Source: an uncultured Nitrososphaerota archaeon
GTDB lineage: Archaea > Korarchaeota > Korarchaeia > Korarchaeales > Korarchaeaceae
Assembly (NCBI GenBank): GCA_964594835.1
Contig: CAZQNA010000011.1
Location: 1-48,415, forward strand
Length of the DNA: 48,415 bases
Reading direction: 5' to 3'
The notes under the pieces were generated by a model. It was given only the letters and a program-made list of their open reading frames with translations. It had not been told where the DNA came from and did no database searches. The translations under genes were made by a program, and so were the position numbers. Shown one piece after another: positions 9,718-18,415 of this stretch; position 1 is the stretch's first letter; each line of letters opens with the position of its first letter.

Positions 9718-10407
9718 CCGTACCTCCCCCTCAGCGGCACAAACGCGACCGGGGTTATCTCCGCCCTCTTGAACCTGCCCTCGCCCTCCTTCTCTATGAC
9801 CACCAGCACCTGACCTCCCCACCAGGAGGGCTCCCCGACGGGGATCACCATCCTCCCGCCGACCTTCAGCTGCTCCAGGAGGGGCTCCGGGGGGCCGGGA
9901 GCCGCCGCGGTCACGAGCACCCTGTCGGGCCTCACCCTGAGCGGGAACCCCGCGCTGCCGTCCATGGCGAGCACGGTGACCCTGTCGGAGTAGCCCGCCC
10001 GCCTGAGGTTGGACCACGCCCTCCTGGCGAGCGAGGGGACTATCTCCGCGGAGTAGACGTGCCCCCACTCCGCCGGGTCCCCCTCGGCCGGGGCCACTAT
10101 CTCCGCCACGGTGGCCGCGTGGTACCCGCTGCCGGCGCCCACCTCGAACACCACCATCCCCCTCCCAAGGGCGAGGAGCTCGTCCATCATGAACACCATG
10201 TGTCGCCCGGCCTCAGCGGCCGTGTGGCGCGCTGATGGTCTGCCCCTCGCCTATCGGGAGGGGGGTGTCCCGGTAGGCGTCCCTCCTGAGGTGCTCGGGG
10301 ACGAACTCCTCCCTCGGCACGGCCAGGGCGGCCCTCCTCACCTGGGGGGTGCGGATCACGCCCATCATCTCCAGCCTTTTTACGAGCTCGGCGCGCTCCT
10401 CCTCCAG
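9705..10407 (-). CDS. pcm: Protein-L-isoaspartate O-methyltransferase, interrupted by a 22-nt BHB insert (10202..10223)
   Basis: [27 protein letters not shown] | [47 protein letters not shown]. The start is uncertain: CTG at 10407 follows GGGGAGGGG. The spliced product would be 226 aa. Confidence 0.92.
10202..10223 (-). other. Candidate mRNA intron with canonical bulge-helix-bulge motif
   Basis: G-CGCC-AC^A-CGGCC-GCUGA-GGCCG-GGCG-AC^A-C; removal gives GCG CCA CAC AUG (A-P-H-M). Confidence 0.85.
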
Positions 10408-10452
10408 GGTCCCCTCCCCCCGCGCGGGTGGGGTCTCGGGGAGGCTATAGAG

Positions 10453-11001
10453 TTGAGGTTCGACTCCGGGGGGGCGTTCGCCGTCAGGGCCAGGGGGCAC
10501 CCGAACGTGAGGGCGAGGCACCGCACTACCATGGAGGTCACCCGTGACGACTACCTGACCGAGAGGGGGGACTGCATCCTGGCTATAGAGGCCGACGCGG
10601 CATGCTCGGACGTCCCGGACTGGCTGAGGGAGCACCTCAGGTCCGGAGGGTGGGTGCTGATCGAGCTGGAGGTTGAGCCGGGGGAGGGAGGGGGGATGTT
10701 CTCGTTTCGGGCCAGGGGGGACCCCAGGCTCACCCTGGCCAGCGACAGGAGCATCGTCATCAGGAGGTCGAGCTACGTGGACGACCGCACCCTGGCCGTC
10801 CTGGCGGAGGCGGCCGCGGCGGACGTGCCGAGGAGCATGGTGAGGGCCCTCAGGGCCGGGGCCGGGCTCACCCTGATCGTGCGGCCCCTGGCGGGAGAGG
10901 AGGGCCAGGGGAGGATCACAGGAACCCCTGAGAAGCTGGGTCGCGCGGGAGCAGGGCCTCCCTCATCAGGGAGGTCGCGTAGGACCCCCGATCGAGGGTG
11001 A
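10453..11001 (+). CDS. DUF371 family protein
   Basis: [46 protein letters not shown]; start taken at TTG 10453; the 3' end overlaps the truD end. Confidence 0.85.
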   Translation: MRFDSGGAFAVRARGHPNVRARHRTTMEVTRDDYLTERGDCILAIEADAACSDVPDWLREHLRSGGWVLIELEVEPGEGGGMFSFRARGDPRLTLASDRSIVIRRSSYVDDRTLAVLAEAAAADVPRSMVRALRAGAGLTLIVRPLAGEEGQGRITGTPEKLGRAGAGPPSSGRSRRTPDRG

Positions 11002-12062
11002 AGGACGCCAGGAGCGAGTCCCCCCTCTCCCAGATCCTCAGGCCCCTCGCGGGAACCCAGGCGGGCCTCAGCCCACCTGCCAGGTTCAGGCCCAGCTCGG
11101 GGAGGCGGAAGCTCTCGGGGGACAGCCCGTCTCGCCTGATTATCTCCAGGGCCTCCTCGCCGGCCGGCCCGCGGTAGGCGTCGGGGTCGGAGCCGGGCAG
11201 CGGGAGGGCGAGCGACTCTCCGCCCCCGGGTAGGGGGATCACCCTGTCCCCCGGGCGAGATCCGTCGGTCGAGGAGCCTCCCGGACAGGATTAGATTGAA
11301 CACGTGGGCCTGGTAGGAGTGCAGCATCATCTCCAGGGCCCCGCGCGGGATCTCCCCAAGGGCCTCCAGCCCCCCCGACCCCCTGTCCAGCGCCTCCGCC
11401 ACCCTGGACTCGTAGCCCCTCCCGCCCTTTCCCGCCAGGAGCCTGGCCGCCCGGTCGAACTCCCTCCTCAGCAGCAGGAGGCCGATCTCGTGGTTGAGGG
11501 GCGGCCTGTCCCCGAACCTCTGGTAGGAGAAGAAGTTGGGAAAGCCTCCGGCAAGCTCCGTCAGCCTGCGCGAGAGCTTTCGGGGCTCCGTCTCCCTCAC
11601 CCTCAGGGTGAACCCGTTGAGATCGTTGGAGCCCCTGTAGACCGGCTCCACCGACCTGCAGACGAACCTGGCCCTCACCCTGTGGGCGCTCACGACCTCG
11701 GGGGGCCTGCCGAGGGGGGCGCTCATGAACTGGGCCGAGACGGACCTCCTGTCCTTTAGCCCAGCGTAGGACACCCTGCTAGCGGGTATCCCGAGGGCCC
11801 TTGCCAGCAGCCTAGAGGCCTCCCCGGTGGTGAGCCCCACCTTGACGACAGAGAACACCGCGTGAGGCCCCTCCGGGACCTCGGGGGACTCGAGGCCCGC
11901 GGCCGCCATCAGGGCGGAGGCTCCTCGCCACACCTCGTCAACCAGGAAGTCCGACGGCCTCTCCCTCAGTCTCCCAGGGAGCGGATCCCATTCGGGCCTA
12001 GCATAGGTCAGCATGCCGATCCGGACATCCAGCTCCGGGTGGCTCGCCACTCCCCTCGTCAC
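10916..12062 (-). CDS. truD: tRNA pseudouridine synthase TruD/Pus7, frameshifted near 11250
   Basis: [44 protein letters not shown] in one frame; [23 protein letters not shown] in the next frame. Confidence 0.9.
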
Positions 12063-12430
12063 CTCAGAAGGGGGAGCCCGCCGGTGACCTTGTCGACCTC
12101 GCCGGCCCTGTGGGGACCCACGGCGACCGCGGTGAGCGTCCCGGGGGGCAGCTCAGTCAGCCCCGCGTCCCTGACGACGCTCCTCGGCAGACCCAGCCTC
12201 TCGGCCTGATTGTAGACCTCGAGGAGCTCGTCCTCGGAGCCGACGGCCACCACCACCTTCTTGGCCCCCTCCCTCTTCCAGGCCTCGTAGACCTCGGGGC
12301 ACCTCTTCATGGCCATCTCTGCGGCCATGCAGGCCGCGTGGGCCACCTGCACCGCCAGCTTTCCGGGGCTCATCCTCAGGTCCTTCCTCACGGCTATGAC
12401 CTGCTTGTGGGCGAACCTGCCGGCCGTCAC
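12059..12430 (-). CDS. pth2: Peptidyl-tRNA hydrolase Pth2
   Basis: KQVIAVRKDLRMSPGKLAVQVAHAA, KKVV, DAGLTEL, DKVTGGLPLL. Confidence 0.95.
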   Translation of the reverse strand: MTAGRFAHKQVIAVRKDLRMSPGKLAVQVAHAACMAAEMAMKRCPEVYEAWKREGAKKVVVAVGSEDELLEVYNQAERLGLPRSVVRDAGLTELPPGTLTAVAVGPHRAGEVDKVTGGLPLLR

Positions 12431-13497
12431 GACACCACCTCCTCCAGCAGGGACTCGAACTCCCCGGCGACGGCGTCCCACCCCCTGGACAGGGCGAACT
12501 CCCTCGCCCCCCTGGAGACGCGCTCCAGCCCCTCGGGGTCCGAGAAGACCTCCCTAAGCCTCTCCGAGATGGCCTCCAGGGACCTGTCTGCCAAGAACCC
12601 TGTGTGGCCGTCCCTCACGAGCTCCGGCAGGGCGCCGACCCTGGTGGCCAGTGGCGGCGCGCCTGCGGCCATCGACTCGAGGGCCGAGAGGCCGAAGCCC
12701 TCCCACCTCGGGGTGTGGAGGGTCAGGTCGCAGGCCCTCAGCACCAGCGGGATCCTCTCGTGTGGGACCTTTCCAAGGAACCTCACCCTCCCGGCCCCCT
12801 CGCGCCTGGCCAGCCCCTCCAGCCTGGGCCTGAGGGGCCCGTCCCCGGCCACGAGGACCAGGGCGTCGGGGTGAGAGAGGGCAGCCCTGAGGGCGAGCTC
12901 CGGGTCCCTCACCGGCACCAGGGAGCCCACGATCCCAACCACCCGGGCGTCGGCGGGGATCCCCATCCCCTCCCTGACCTCCTCCCTCCCCGGGAGGGAC
13001 CTGAAGGTCTCGACGTCCACGCCCCCGCGGACGACCCTGGGCTCGACCCCGAACCTCTCCCTGACGACGCCCGCCAGGTGTGAGCTCACCGCCGCGACGG
13101 CCGGGGCCGACCTGCACGCTCGCCGCAGCAGCCAGGCCCCCGCCCCGGCGAGCGCGTCCGTCCCGTGGAAGACCGGAACGTATGGAGGCCCCCCCAGGAG
13201 GCGGCCGATCCACGCGGCCACGCCGGAGGTCTTGGCGTACTGCGCGACCACGGCGTCCGCGTCCCCCAGGCCCGCCAGCCTCAGCGCGGAGGCGGCCATG
13301 AAGCTGGCCCCCCTCACGCCGGGGACCCTCGGGGTCGGGAGCCGGATCACCCTCTCCCCCCACCTCGACCTGGCCCAGCCGTAGGAGACCACCGTGACCT
13401 CGTGACCCCTCCTCACGAGTTCTCCGGCCAGCATGGTGTTGTAGACCTGGACTCCGCCCACGTCCGGGTGGTAGGGGCCCAGGAGGACTATTCGCAC
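12427..13497 (-). CDS. Glycosyltransferase family 4
   Basis: GGV, AVS, GDGPL, EGFGLSALESMAAG (EX7E). Confidence 0.9.
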   Translation of the reverse strand: MRIVLLGPYHPDVGGVQVYNTMLAGELVRRGHEVTVVSYGWARSRWGERVIRLPTPRVPGVRGASFMAASALRLAGLGDADAVVAQYAKTSGVAAWIGRLLGGPPYVPVFHGTDALAGAGAWLLRRACRSAPAVAAVSSHLAGVVRERFGVEPRVVRGGVDVETFRSLPGREEVREGMGIPADARVVGIVGSLVPVRDPELALRAALSHPDALVLVAGDGPLRPRLEGLARREGAGRVRFLGKVPHERIPLVLRACDLTLHTPRWEGFGLSALESMAAGAPPLATRVGALPELVRDGHTGFLADRSLEAISERLREVFSDPEGLERVSRGAREFALSRGWDAVAGEFESLLEEVVS

Positions 13498-13558
13498 CTC
13501 CCAAACGGCCGGACCGCTGATTTAAGTTTCTCGCGGCCCCCTGCCCGGAGGACCCGGG

Positions 13559-14584
13559 ATGGGGGTCAAGCTCGGGGACATCGTGGTCGGCAGGGAGGTG
13601 GACCTCAGGGACCTGGGGGGTAGGAGGCTGGCCCTGGACGCCTACAACGCCCTCTACCAGTTCCTGGCCAAGGTCAGGCAGCCCGACGGCACCCCGCTCA
13701 TGACTAGCAGGGGGGAGATAACCTCCGTGCACTCGGGCATATTCTACAGGACCGCGAACCTCCTGGCCCTGGGGATCACGCCGGTCTACGTCTTCGACGG
13801 GGAGCCGCCGGAGTTCAAGAGGAGGGAGCTGGAGGAGAGGGCCGCCAGGAGGGAGGAGGCCAGGGAGAAGTGGGCTGAGGCCGCCCAGAGGGGCGACGTT
13901 GAGGAGATGCGGAAGTACGCCCAGGCGGCGCTGGAGCTCACGGAAGAGATGGTCGAGGACGCCAAGAGAATACTGGAGCTCATGGGAGTCCCCTGGGTCC
14001 AGGCGCCCAGCGAGGGGGAGGCCCAGGCGGCGCACATGGCCGCCAGGGGGGACGTGTGGGCCGCGGCGAGCCAGGACTACGACTCTCTCCTCTTCGGGTC
14101 CCCCAGGCTGGTGAGGAACGTGACCATAACCGGGAGGAGGAAGCTCCCCGGGAAGGACGCCTACGTCGAGGTCAGGCCCGAGGTCATCTCCCTGGGGGAG
14201 ACGCTGAGGTCGCTGGGGATCACCAGGGAGCAGCTGATCCTCGTGGGGATACTCGTCGGCACGGACTACAACCCCGGGGGCGTGAGGGGCGTGGGGCCGA
14301 AGAGGGCTCTGGAGATCGTGAGGCGCCACGGGACGGTGGAGGAGGTCGAGGGGGCGGTCAGGTGGGAGTTCGACGTCCCTCTGAGGGAGATCTACGAGTT
14401 CTTCCTCAACCCCCCGGTGACCGACGAGTACGACGTGTCGCTCAGGAGGCCCGACGCCGAGGGGCTGCTGAGGTTCATGGTCGACGAGCACGAGTTCTCC
14501 GAGAAGAGGGTCAGGAAGGTCCTGGACGAGATAACCGAGGCGTACAGGATGCACGCCGGAGGCGGGCTGGAGGCCTGGTTCTGA
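13559..14584 (+). CDS. fen: Flap endonuclease 1
   Basis: [45 protein letters not shown]; degenerate PIP box LEAWF. Confidence 0.97.
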   Translation: MGVKLGDIVVGREVDLRDLGGRRLALDAYNALYQFLAKVRQPDGTPLMTSRGEITSVHSGIFYRTANLLALGITPVYVFDGEPPEFKRRELEERAARREEAREKWAEAAQRGDVEEMRKYAQAALELTEEMVEDAKRILELMGVPWVQAPSEGEAQAAHMAARGDVWAAASQDYDSLLFGSPRLVRNVTITGRRKLPGKDAYVEVRPEVISLGETLRSLGITREQLILVGILVGTDYNPGGVRGVGPKRALEIVRRHGTVEEVEGAVRWEFDVPLREIYEFFLNPPVTDEYDVSLRRPDAEGLLRFMVDEHEFSEKRVRKVLDEITEAYRMHAGGGLEAWF

Positions 14585-14591
14585 GCGCGGG

Positions 14592-14846
14592 TCACTCCTC
14601 GTCCGGCGTCAGGTAGGCGTGCTCCCCCTCCGCGGCCTCTATGACCAGGGTCCCGCCCTTCCCCCCGCTGGACACCCTGATCACCCCGGCCACCTCGAGC
14701 CTCATGAGGGCCCTCTCGAGCTGGTCGAGGGAGAGGGTGGGGTCCTTGGACCTGAGGGTCTCGTACAGCTCCCTGTCGGTGACGGTTCCCCTCCTCTTCC
14801 TTATCTCCTCGAACACGACGTGGGTCAGGGGGAGGTCTAAGGGCAA
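14592..14846 (-). CDS. Small conserved winged-helix-like protein
   Basis: TDRELYETL...LERALMRLEVAGVIRV; follows EF-1beta. Confidence 0.65.
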   Translation of the reverse strand: MPLDLPLTHVVFEEIRKRRGTVTDRELYETLRSKDPTLSLDQLERALMRLEVAGVIRVSSGGKGGTLVIEAAEGEHAYLTPDEE

Positions 14847-14850
14847 GAGA

Positions 14851-15120
14851 TCACCCGCCCCTCGACATGGTCTCCAGCTCCACCGAGCTGACGCCCGGGA
14901 TGCTGGAGAGGGCCTCCTCGACCCTGTCGGTTATGCCCTCCTCCTCGGGGGTGGAGAGCAGGATCGTCAGGGCCACTATCCCGAAGGCAAGCTCTGCCTG
15001 CCTCCTGTCCATGAGCTGGACCCCCAGGGGGCTGAGCGACTCCTGGATCCTCCCGGCGACCTCCTCCGGGTCCGCGCCGGGGTCGACCAGGACCCTGAAC
15101 TGGGCTATCACCCTCGCCAT
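14851..15120 (-). CDS. ef1b: Elongation factor 1-beta
   Basis: ELAFGIVAL, EGITDRVEEALSSIPGVSSVE; follows the Zn-finger gene. Confidence 0.9.
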   Translation of the reverse strand: MARVIAQFRVLVDPGADPEEVAGRIQESLSPLGVQLMDRRQAELAFGIVALTILLSTPEEEGITDRVEEALSSIPGVSSVELETMSRGG

Positions 15121-15139
15121 CCCGAATCCCTCCGGCGGA

Positions 15140-15343
15140 TCAGGGGCCGACGAACCCGCAGTTGGGGCAGACGTACTCGTTGGCCTGCTTCCTGCAGATG
15201 CGGCACCTCACGATTATGTACTCGCCGCAGTTGGGGCAGGGGAACTTGACCACGCCCCTCTCGTACGTCACCCTCCTGCCGCACGACGTGCAGTAGAGCT
15301 CCTCCGCGGCCGAAGGGCCGTCCACCTTCACCTCCTGCGCCAT
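15140..15343 (-). CDS. Zinc-finger protein (DUF1610/HVO_2753-like)
   Basis: CTSC, FPCPNCG, RCRICRK, YVCPNCGFVGP. Confidence 0.9.
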   Translation of the reverse strand: MAQEVKVDGPSAAEELYCTSCGRRVTYERGVVKFPCPNCGEYIIVRCRICRKQANEYVCPNCGFVGP

Positions 15344-15346
15344 CTC

Positions 15347-16399
15347 TCAGCCCTCTCCGACCTGACGGCCTCCCTCCGCGGCCTTAAAAATCTTGGCCGG
15401 GTAGAGCACGTAGGTCTTCCCCCGCCTCTCCCTCTCGATCAGGCCCCTGTCGACCAGCTCCGTGACCAGCCTGCTGACCTTGGGCTTGGAGAAGCCCGTC
15501 AGCTCCGGGAGCCTGTCCTGGGTTATGTGCCCCCTCTCGACGACCGCAGAGAATATGGCCCTCTCGTCCGACGTCAGGAAGCCCTCCAGTAGGTCCAGGG
15601 GGCTCCTCCCGGCCCGGGTCCCAAGGCGGGAGGCGAGCAGGTAGGCCGCGAGGGCCCCCAAGGCGGCCCCCACGGCCGTGCCGGGGGTCAGGAGCGCCGA
15701 CGAGATAGCGCTCAGGGTGCCCCTCTCAGGCCACTCACCCGGGGCCTCGGCCGGGGAGACCCTGACCACCTGGTAGGAGGCGGAGAGCCTCGACAGCTCG
15801 TCCTCGGAGAGGGGGTCCCCTATCAGGATGACCCTCTCCAGCCTCGGGAGGTATGTGGGGGCGGAGGCCCAGAACGAGTCCGGCAGCCTCCCCCCGCTGG
15901 AGTAGACTATGGGGGCCGAGTGCTGCCTGGACCAGAGGAGGGCGGGGAAGTAGAGCTCGGGCCTGGTGCCGTCCACCACCACGAGGGTCTCGGCGTCCCC
16001 CCACAGCTGGGTGGTCACGTAGATCGCCGTGTCGAACCTGGTGGGCCCGCCGAACCTGCTGACCGCCACCCCCCGGGACTCCAGCCTGACCACGAAGTCG
16101 TCGGGCACCGCCCTCCTGTCCCCCACGACCATCACCCTGGGGGTCTCGTCGAAGGAGGCGAGGCCGAGCAGCATGCTGACCACCTCGTCGTCGTTTATCC
16201 CCGGGAGTATGGTTATGACCGGGATGTCCCTGTGGAGGCCGTAGGCCATGGCCACGGTCCAGTCGGCGTAGATGTCTCCCCTGACCACGATCGCCTCGAA
16301 CTGGCCCCCCGCCGGCTGCGCGCGCGCCGGGGCGGCGGCCGCCGTCAGCGCGGCGAGCATCAGCGCGAGCGGCGGGACCCAATCCCTGGGCATCTTCAC
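15347..16399 (-). CDS. Membrane-spanning regulator: extracellular cell-wall-binding-like domain, TM helix, C-terminal wHTH
   Basis: Signal peptide; GDRRAVP..FGGPTRFDTA; TM helix; LTSDERAI..ITQDRL..GFSKPKVSRLVTELVDRGLIERERRGKT. Confidence 0.75.
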   Translation of the reverse strand: MKMPRDWVPPLALMLAALTAAAAPARAQPAGGQFEAIVVRGDIYADWTVAMAYGLHRDIPVITILPGINDDEVVSMLLGLASFDETPRVMVVGDRRAVPDDFVVRLESRGVAVSRFGGPTRFDTAIYVTTQLWGDAETLVVVDGTRPELYFPALLWSRQHSAPIVYSSGGRLPDSFWASAPTYLPRLERVILIGDPLSEDELSRLSASYQVVRVSPAEAPGEWPERGTLSAISSALLTPGTAVGAALGALAAYLLASRLGTRAGRSPLDLLEGFLTSDERAIFSAVVERGHITQDRLPELTGFSKPKVSRLVTELVDRGLIERERRGKTYVLYPAKIFKAAEGGRQVGEG

Positions 16400-16443
16400 G
16401 GGGACCCGTCGGTGGCCCGATAAAATAGGTTGACAGGTTCGGG

Positions 16444-16539
16444 TGGCGGGCCCGGGGGGACTCGAACCCCCGACCTGCGGCTCGCCCCGGCCAGGGCCGT
16501 AGGAGGCCGCCGCTCTAATCCATGCTGAGCTACGGGCCC
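16444..16539 (-). tRNA. tRNA-Arg(CCT) with 17-nt intron at 37/38 (16483..16499), CCA encoded
   Basis: GGGCCCG acceptor stem; GCGGC-CTCCTA[intron]A-GCCGC; CTCC/GGGG central helix with 3-nt bulges; TTCGA T-loop. Confidence 0.93.
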
Positions 16540-16601
16540 AGCCGAACTCTACCCCTTCCTAAGCGTTATATAAGCTTTGGCGAGGCGCCGCCAGTGAGCC
16601 G

Positions 16602-17885
16602 ATGCCCGTGAGGACGCTCAGGGGTTTCAGAGACCTGCTCCCGGACTACCTGGAGGACTTCAGGTGGGTCGAGGCCAGGGCCAGGGCCGTGTTCGAGAGG
16701 GCCGGATACGCGGAGGTGCTCACCCCGACCGTCGAGCCCTTCGAGCTCTACGAGGAGAAGGAGGGGGAGCAGATCGAGGAGAGCATGTTCGTGTTCGAGG
16801 ACAAGGCCGGGAGGAGGGTGGCGCTCAGGCCGGAGTTCACGGCCTCCCTGGCGAGGCTATTCGCCGCCATGGGGGGAGAGTTCAAGCTGCCCGTGAAGTG
16901 GTTCTACGTGGGCAACGTGTTCAGGTACGACGAGCCCCAGAGGATGAGGTACAGGGAGTTCTGGCAGGCCGGCGCGGAGCTGATAGGGGCCTCGACGCCG
17001 GAGTCCGACGCAGAGATCATGGCCCTCGCCTGGAACACCCTGAGGGACGTGGGCCTGGGGGGTGAGGCGCTGATCAGGCTGAACAACGTGGGCATAGTGA
17101 GGTCCATGCTGGAGGCCTGGGGGGTGACGGGGGAGAGGCAGTCCAGGGTCCTCACGTGGATGGACAAGCTGGGGAAGGTGGAGAGGTCGGAGGTGGAGGC
17201 CGGGCTCGCCGAGCTCCTGGGAGTGGAGAGGGCGTCAAGGCTCATGGGCCTGGCGGAGGTCGAGGGGGAGGACCCCTCAGAGCTGGAGCCTGTCCTTAGG
17301 GGATTCGAGGGTGCGGTGGAGGCCCTCGAGAACCTGGAGGAGGTCTACGACGCGGCCAGGGCGGTGGGCATGAGGGTCAGGCTCACGCCGTTCCTCGTGA
17401 GGGGGCTGGCCTACTACACCGGCACGGTCTTCGAGGCCTTCGTCGAGGACGTGCCCTACGCGCTGGGAGGGGGAGGGAGGTACGACGAGCTCATAGCCGA
17501 GTACGGCGGGCCCCCCACACCGGCGACCGGCCTGTCCCTGGGGCTGGACAGGATCGTCGACGCGGTCAGGGAGAAGGGGGTGAGGGGAGGGAGGGGGAGG
17601 TCGGGCGTCTTCGTGGCCGTCGTCTCCGAGGACCTCCGCAGGAGGGCGTTCGCGCTGGTGGAGTCCCTGAGGGCGGCCGGCGTCAGGGCCGACCTGGACC
17701 TGAGGGGAGGGAGGTCCCTGTCGAAGCAGGCTGAGTACGCGGACAGGACCGGCTGGAGGTACGTGATCTTCCTCGGCCCCAGGGAGGTGGAGAGGGGGGT
17801 GTACGTCGTCAAGGACCTGGAGAGCTGGGAGCAGGTCGAGGTGCCCGAGGGTCAGCTCCTGGACTTCCTGGCGGACCGGGCCTGA
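16602..17885 (+). CDS. hisS: Histidyl-tRNA synthetase
   Basis: RGFRD, LRPEFTAS, FRYDEPQ..RYREFWQ, RGLAYYTG, GGGRYD, GLDR. Confidence 0.97.
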   Translation: MPVRTLRGFRDLLPDYLEDFRWVEARARAVFERAGYAEVLTPTVEPFELYEEKEGEQIEESMFVFEDKAGRRVALRPEFTASLARLFAAMGGEFKLPVKWFYVGNVFRYDEPQRMRYREFWQAGAELIGASTPESDAEIMALAWNTLRDVGLGGEALIRLNNVGIVRSMLEAWGVTGERQSRVLTWMDKLGKVERSEVEAGLAELLGVERASRLMGLAEVEGEDPSELEPVLRGFEGAVEALENLEEVYDAARAVGMRVRLTPFLVRGLAYYTGTVFEAFVEDVPYALGGGGRYDELIAEYGGPPTPATGLSLGLDRIVDAVREKGVRGGRGRSGVFVAVVSEDLRRRAFALVESLRAAGVRADLDLRGGRSLSKQAEYADRTGWRYVIFLGPREVERGVYVVKDLESWEQVEVPEGQLLDFLADRA

Positions 17886-17927
17886 CCGGGGGTCACCGTT
17901 TAATACCTGTGGGGCCCAAGTCACCCC

Positions 17928-18002
17928 GCCGGGGTGGCCGAGCGGCATAGGCGGCGGGCTGCAGACCCGCAGACCCGGGTTCGAATCCCGGCCCCGGCTC
18001 CA
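17928..18002 (+). tRNA. tRNA-Cys(GCA), CCA encoded
   Basis: Cloverleaf, GCGGG-CTGCAGA-CCCGC, U73; TTTAATA about 25 nt upstream. Confidence 0.95.
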
Positions 18003-18078
18003 CTGCTCACGCCTCCTTGCGGGCTCCTGCGGGGGAGCGGGGACGCAGGTTAATATAGAGGGGCCTCAGGGTCCGACC

Positions 18079-18102
18079 CGGCGGGCGCCCGGGCGCCCGC
18101 CG
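18079..18102. repeat. Perfect 24-bp GC palindrome in the tRNA-His leader
   Basis: CGGCGGGCGCCC|GGGCGCCCGCCG. Confidence 0.85.
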
Positions 18103-18108
18103 CGAGCT

Positions 18109-18185
18109 GGCCGGGGTGGGGCAGCCTGGCAGCCTGGGGGCCTGTGGAGCCCCAGACCCGGGTTCAAATCCCGGCCCCGGCCCCA
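18109..18185 (+). tRNA. tRNA-His(GTG) with encoded G-1 and CCA
   Basis: GGGGC-CTGTGGA-GCCCC; G at -1 opposite C73. Confidence 0.95.
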
Positions 18186-18288
18186 CCGCCTTCCGGCGGG
18201 CTCCGGGGGCCGATCCGCTCAATCGCCAGAGGCGTCCGGTCGCGGGTCGTCCGACTCCGTTTCAGGGGGAAGATCGAAGGAGCAGAGA

Positions 18289-18365
18289 TGGTGGACCGGG
18301 CGGGATTCGAACCCGCGACCTCCCGCGTGCGAGGCGGGCGCTCTACCGAGCTGAGCTACCGGCCC
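18289..18365 (-). tRNA. tRNA-Ala(CGC), CCA encoded
   Basis: CCCGC-CTCGCAC-GCGGG; G3:U70 pair present. Confidence 0.95.
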
Positions 18366-18415
18366 GACCCCAACCGGCCGGGCGGCGTATAAAAGGCCTA
18401 CCCCGACGGGCCCGA

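Noticed and set aside
10213-10215. In-frame TGA in pcm as selenocysteine
   Set aside because: The downstream half is in a different frame, so readthrough cannot restore the protein; the TGA lies in the intron loop
12554-14554. Long antisense ORFs (666 aa here, also 42775..44544, 8503..9813 and the extensions of 26294..28570 and 26426..28366)
   Set aside because: Shadow frames of real genes caused by high GC and stop-codon scarcity
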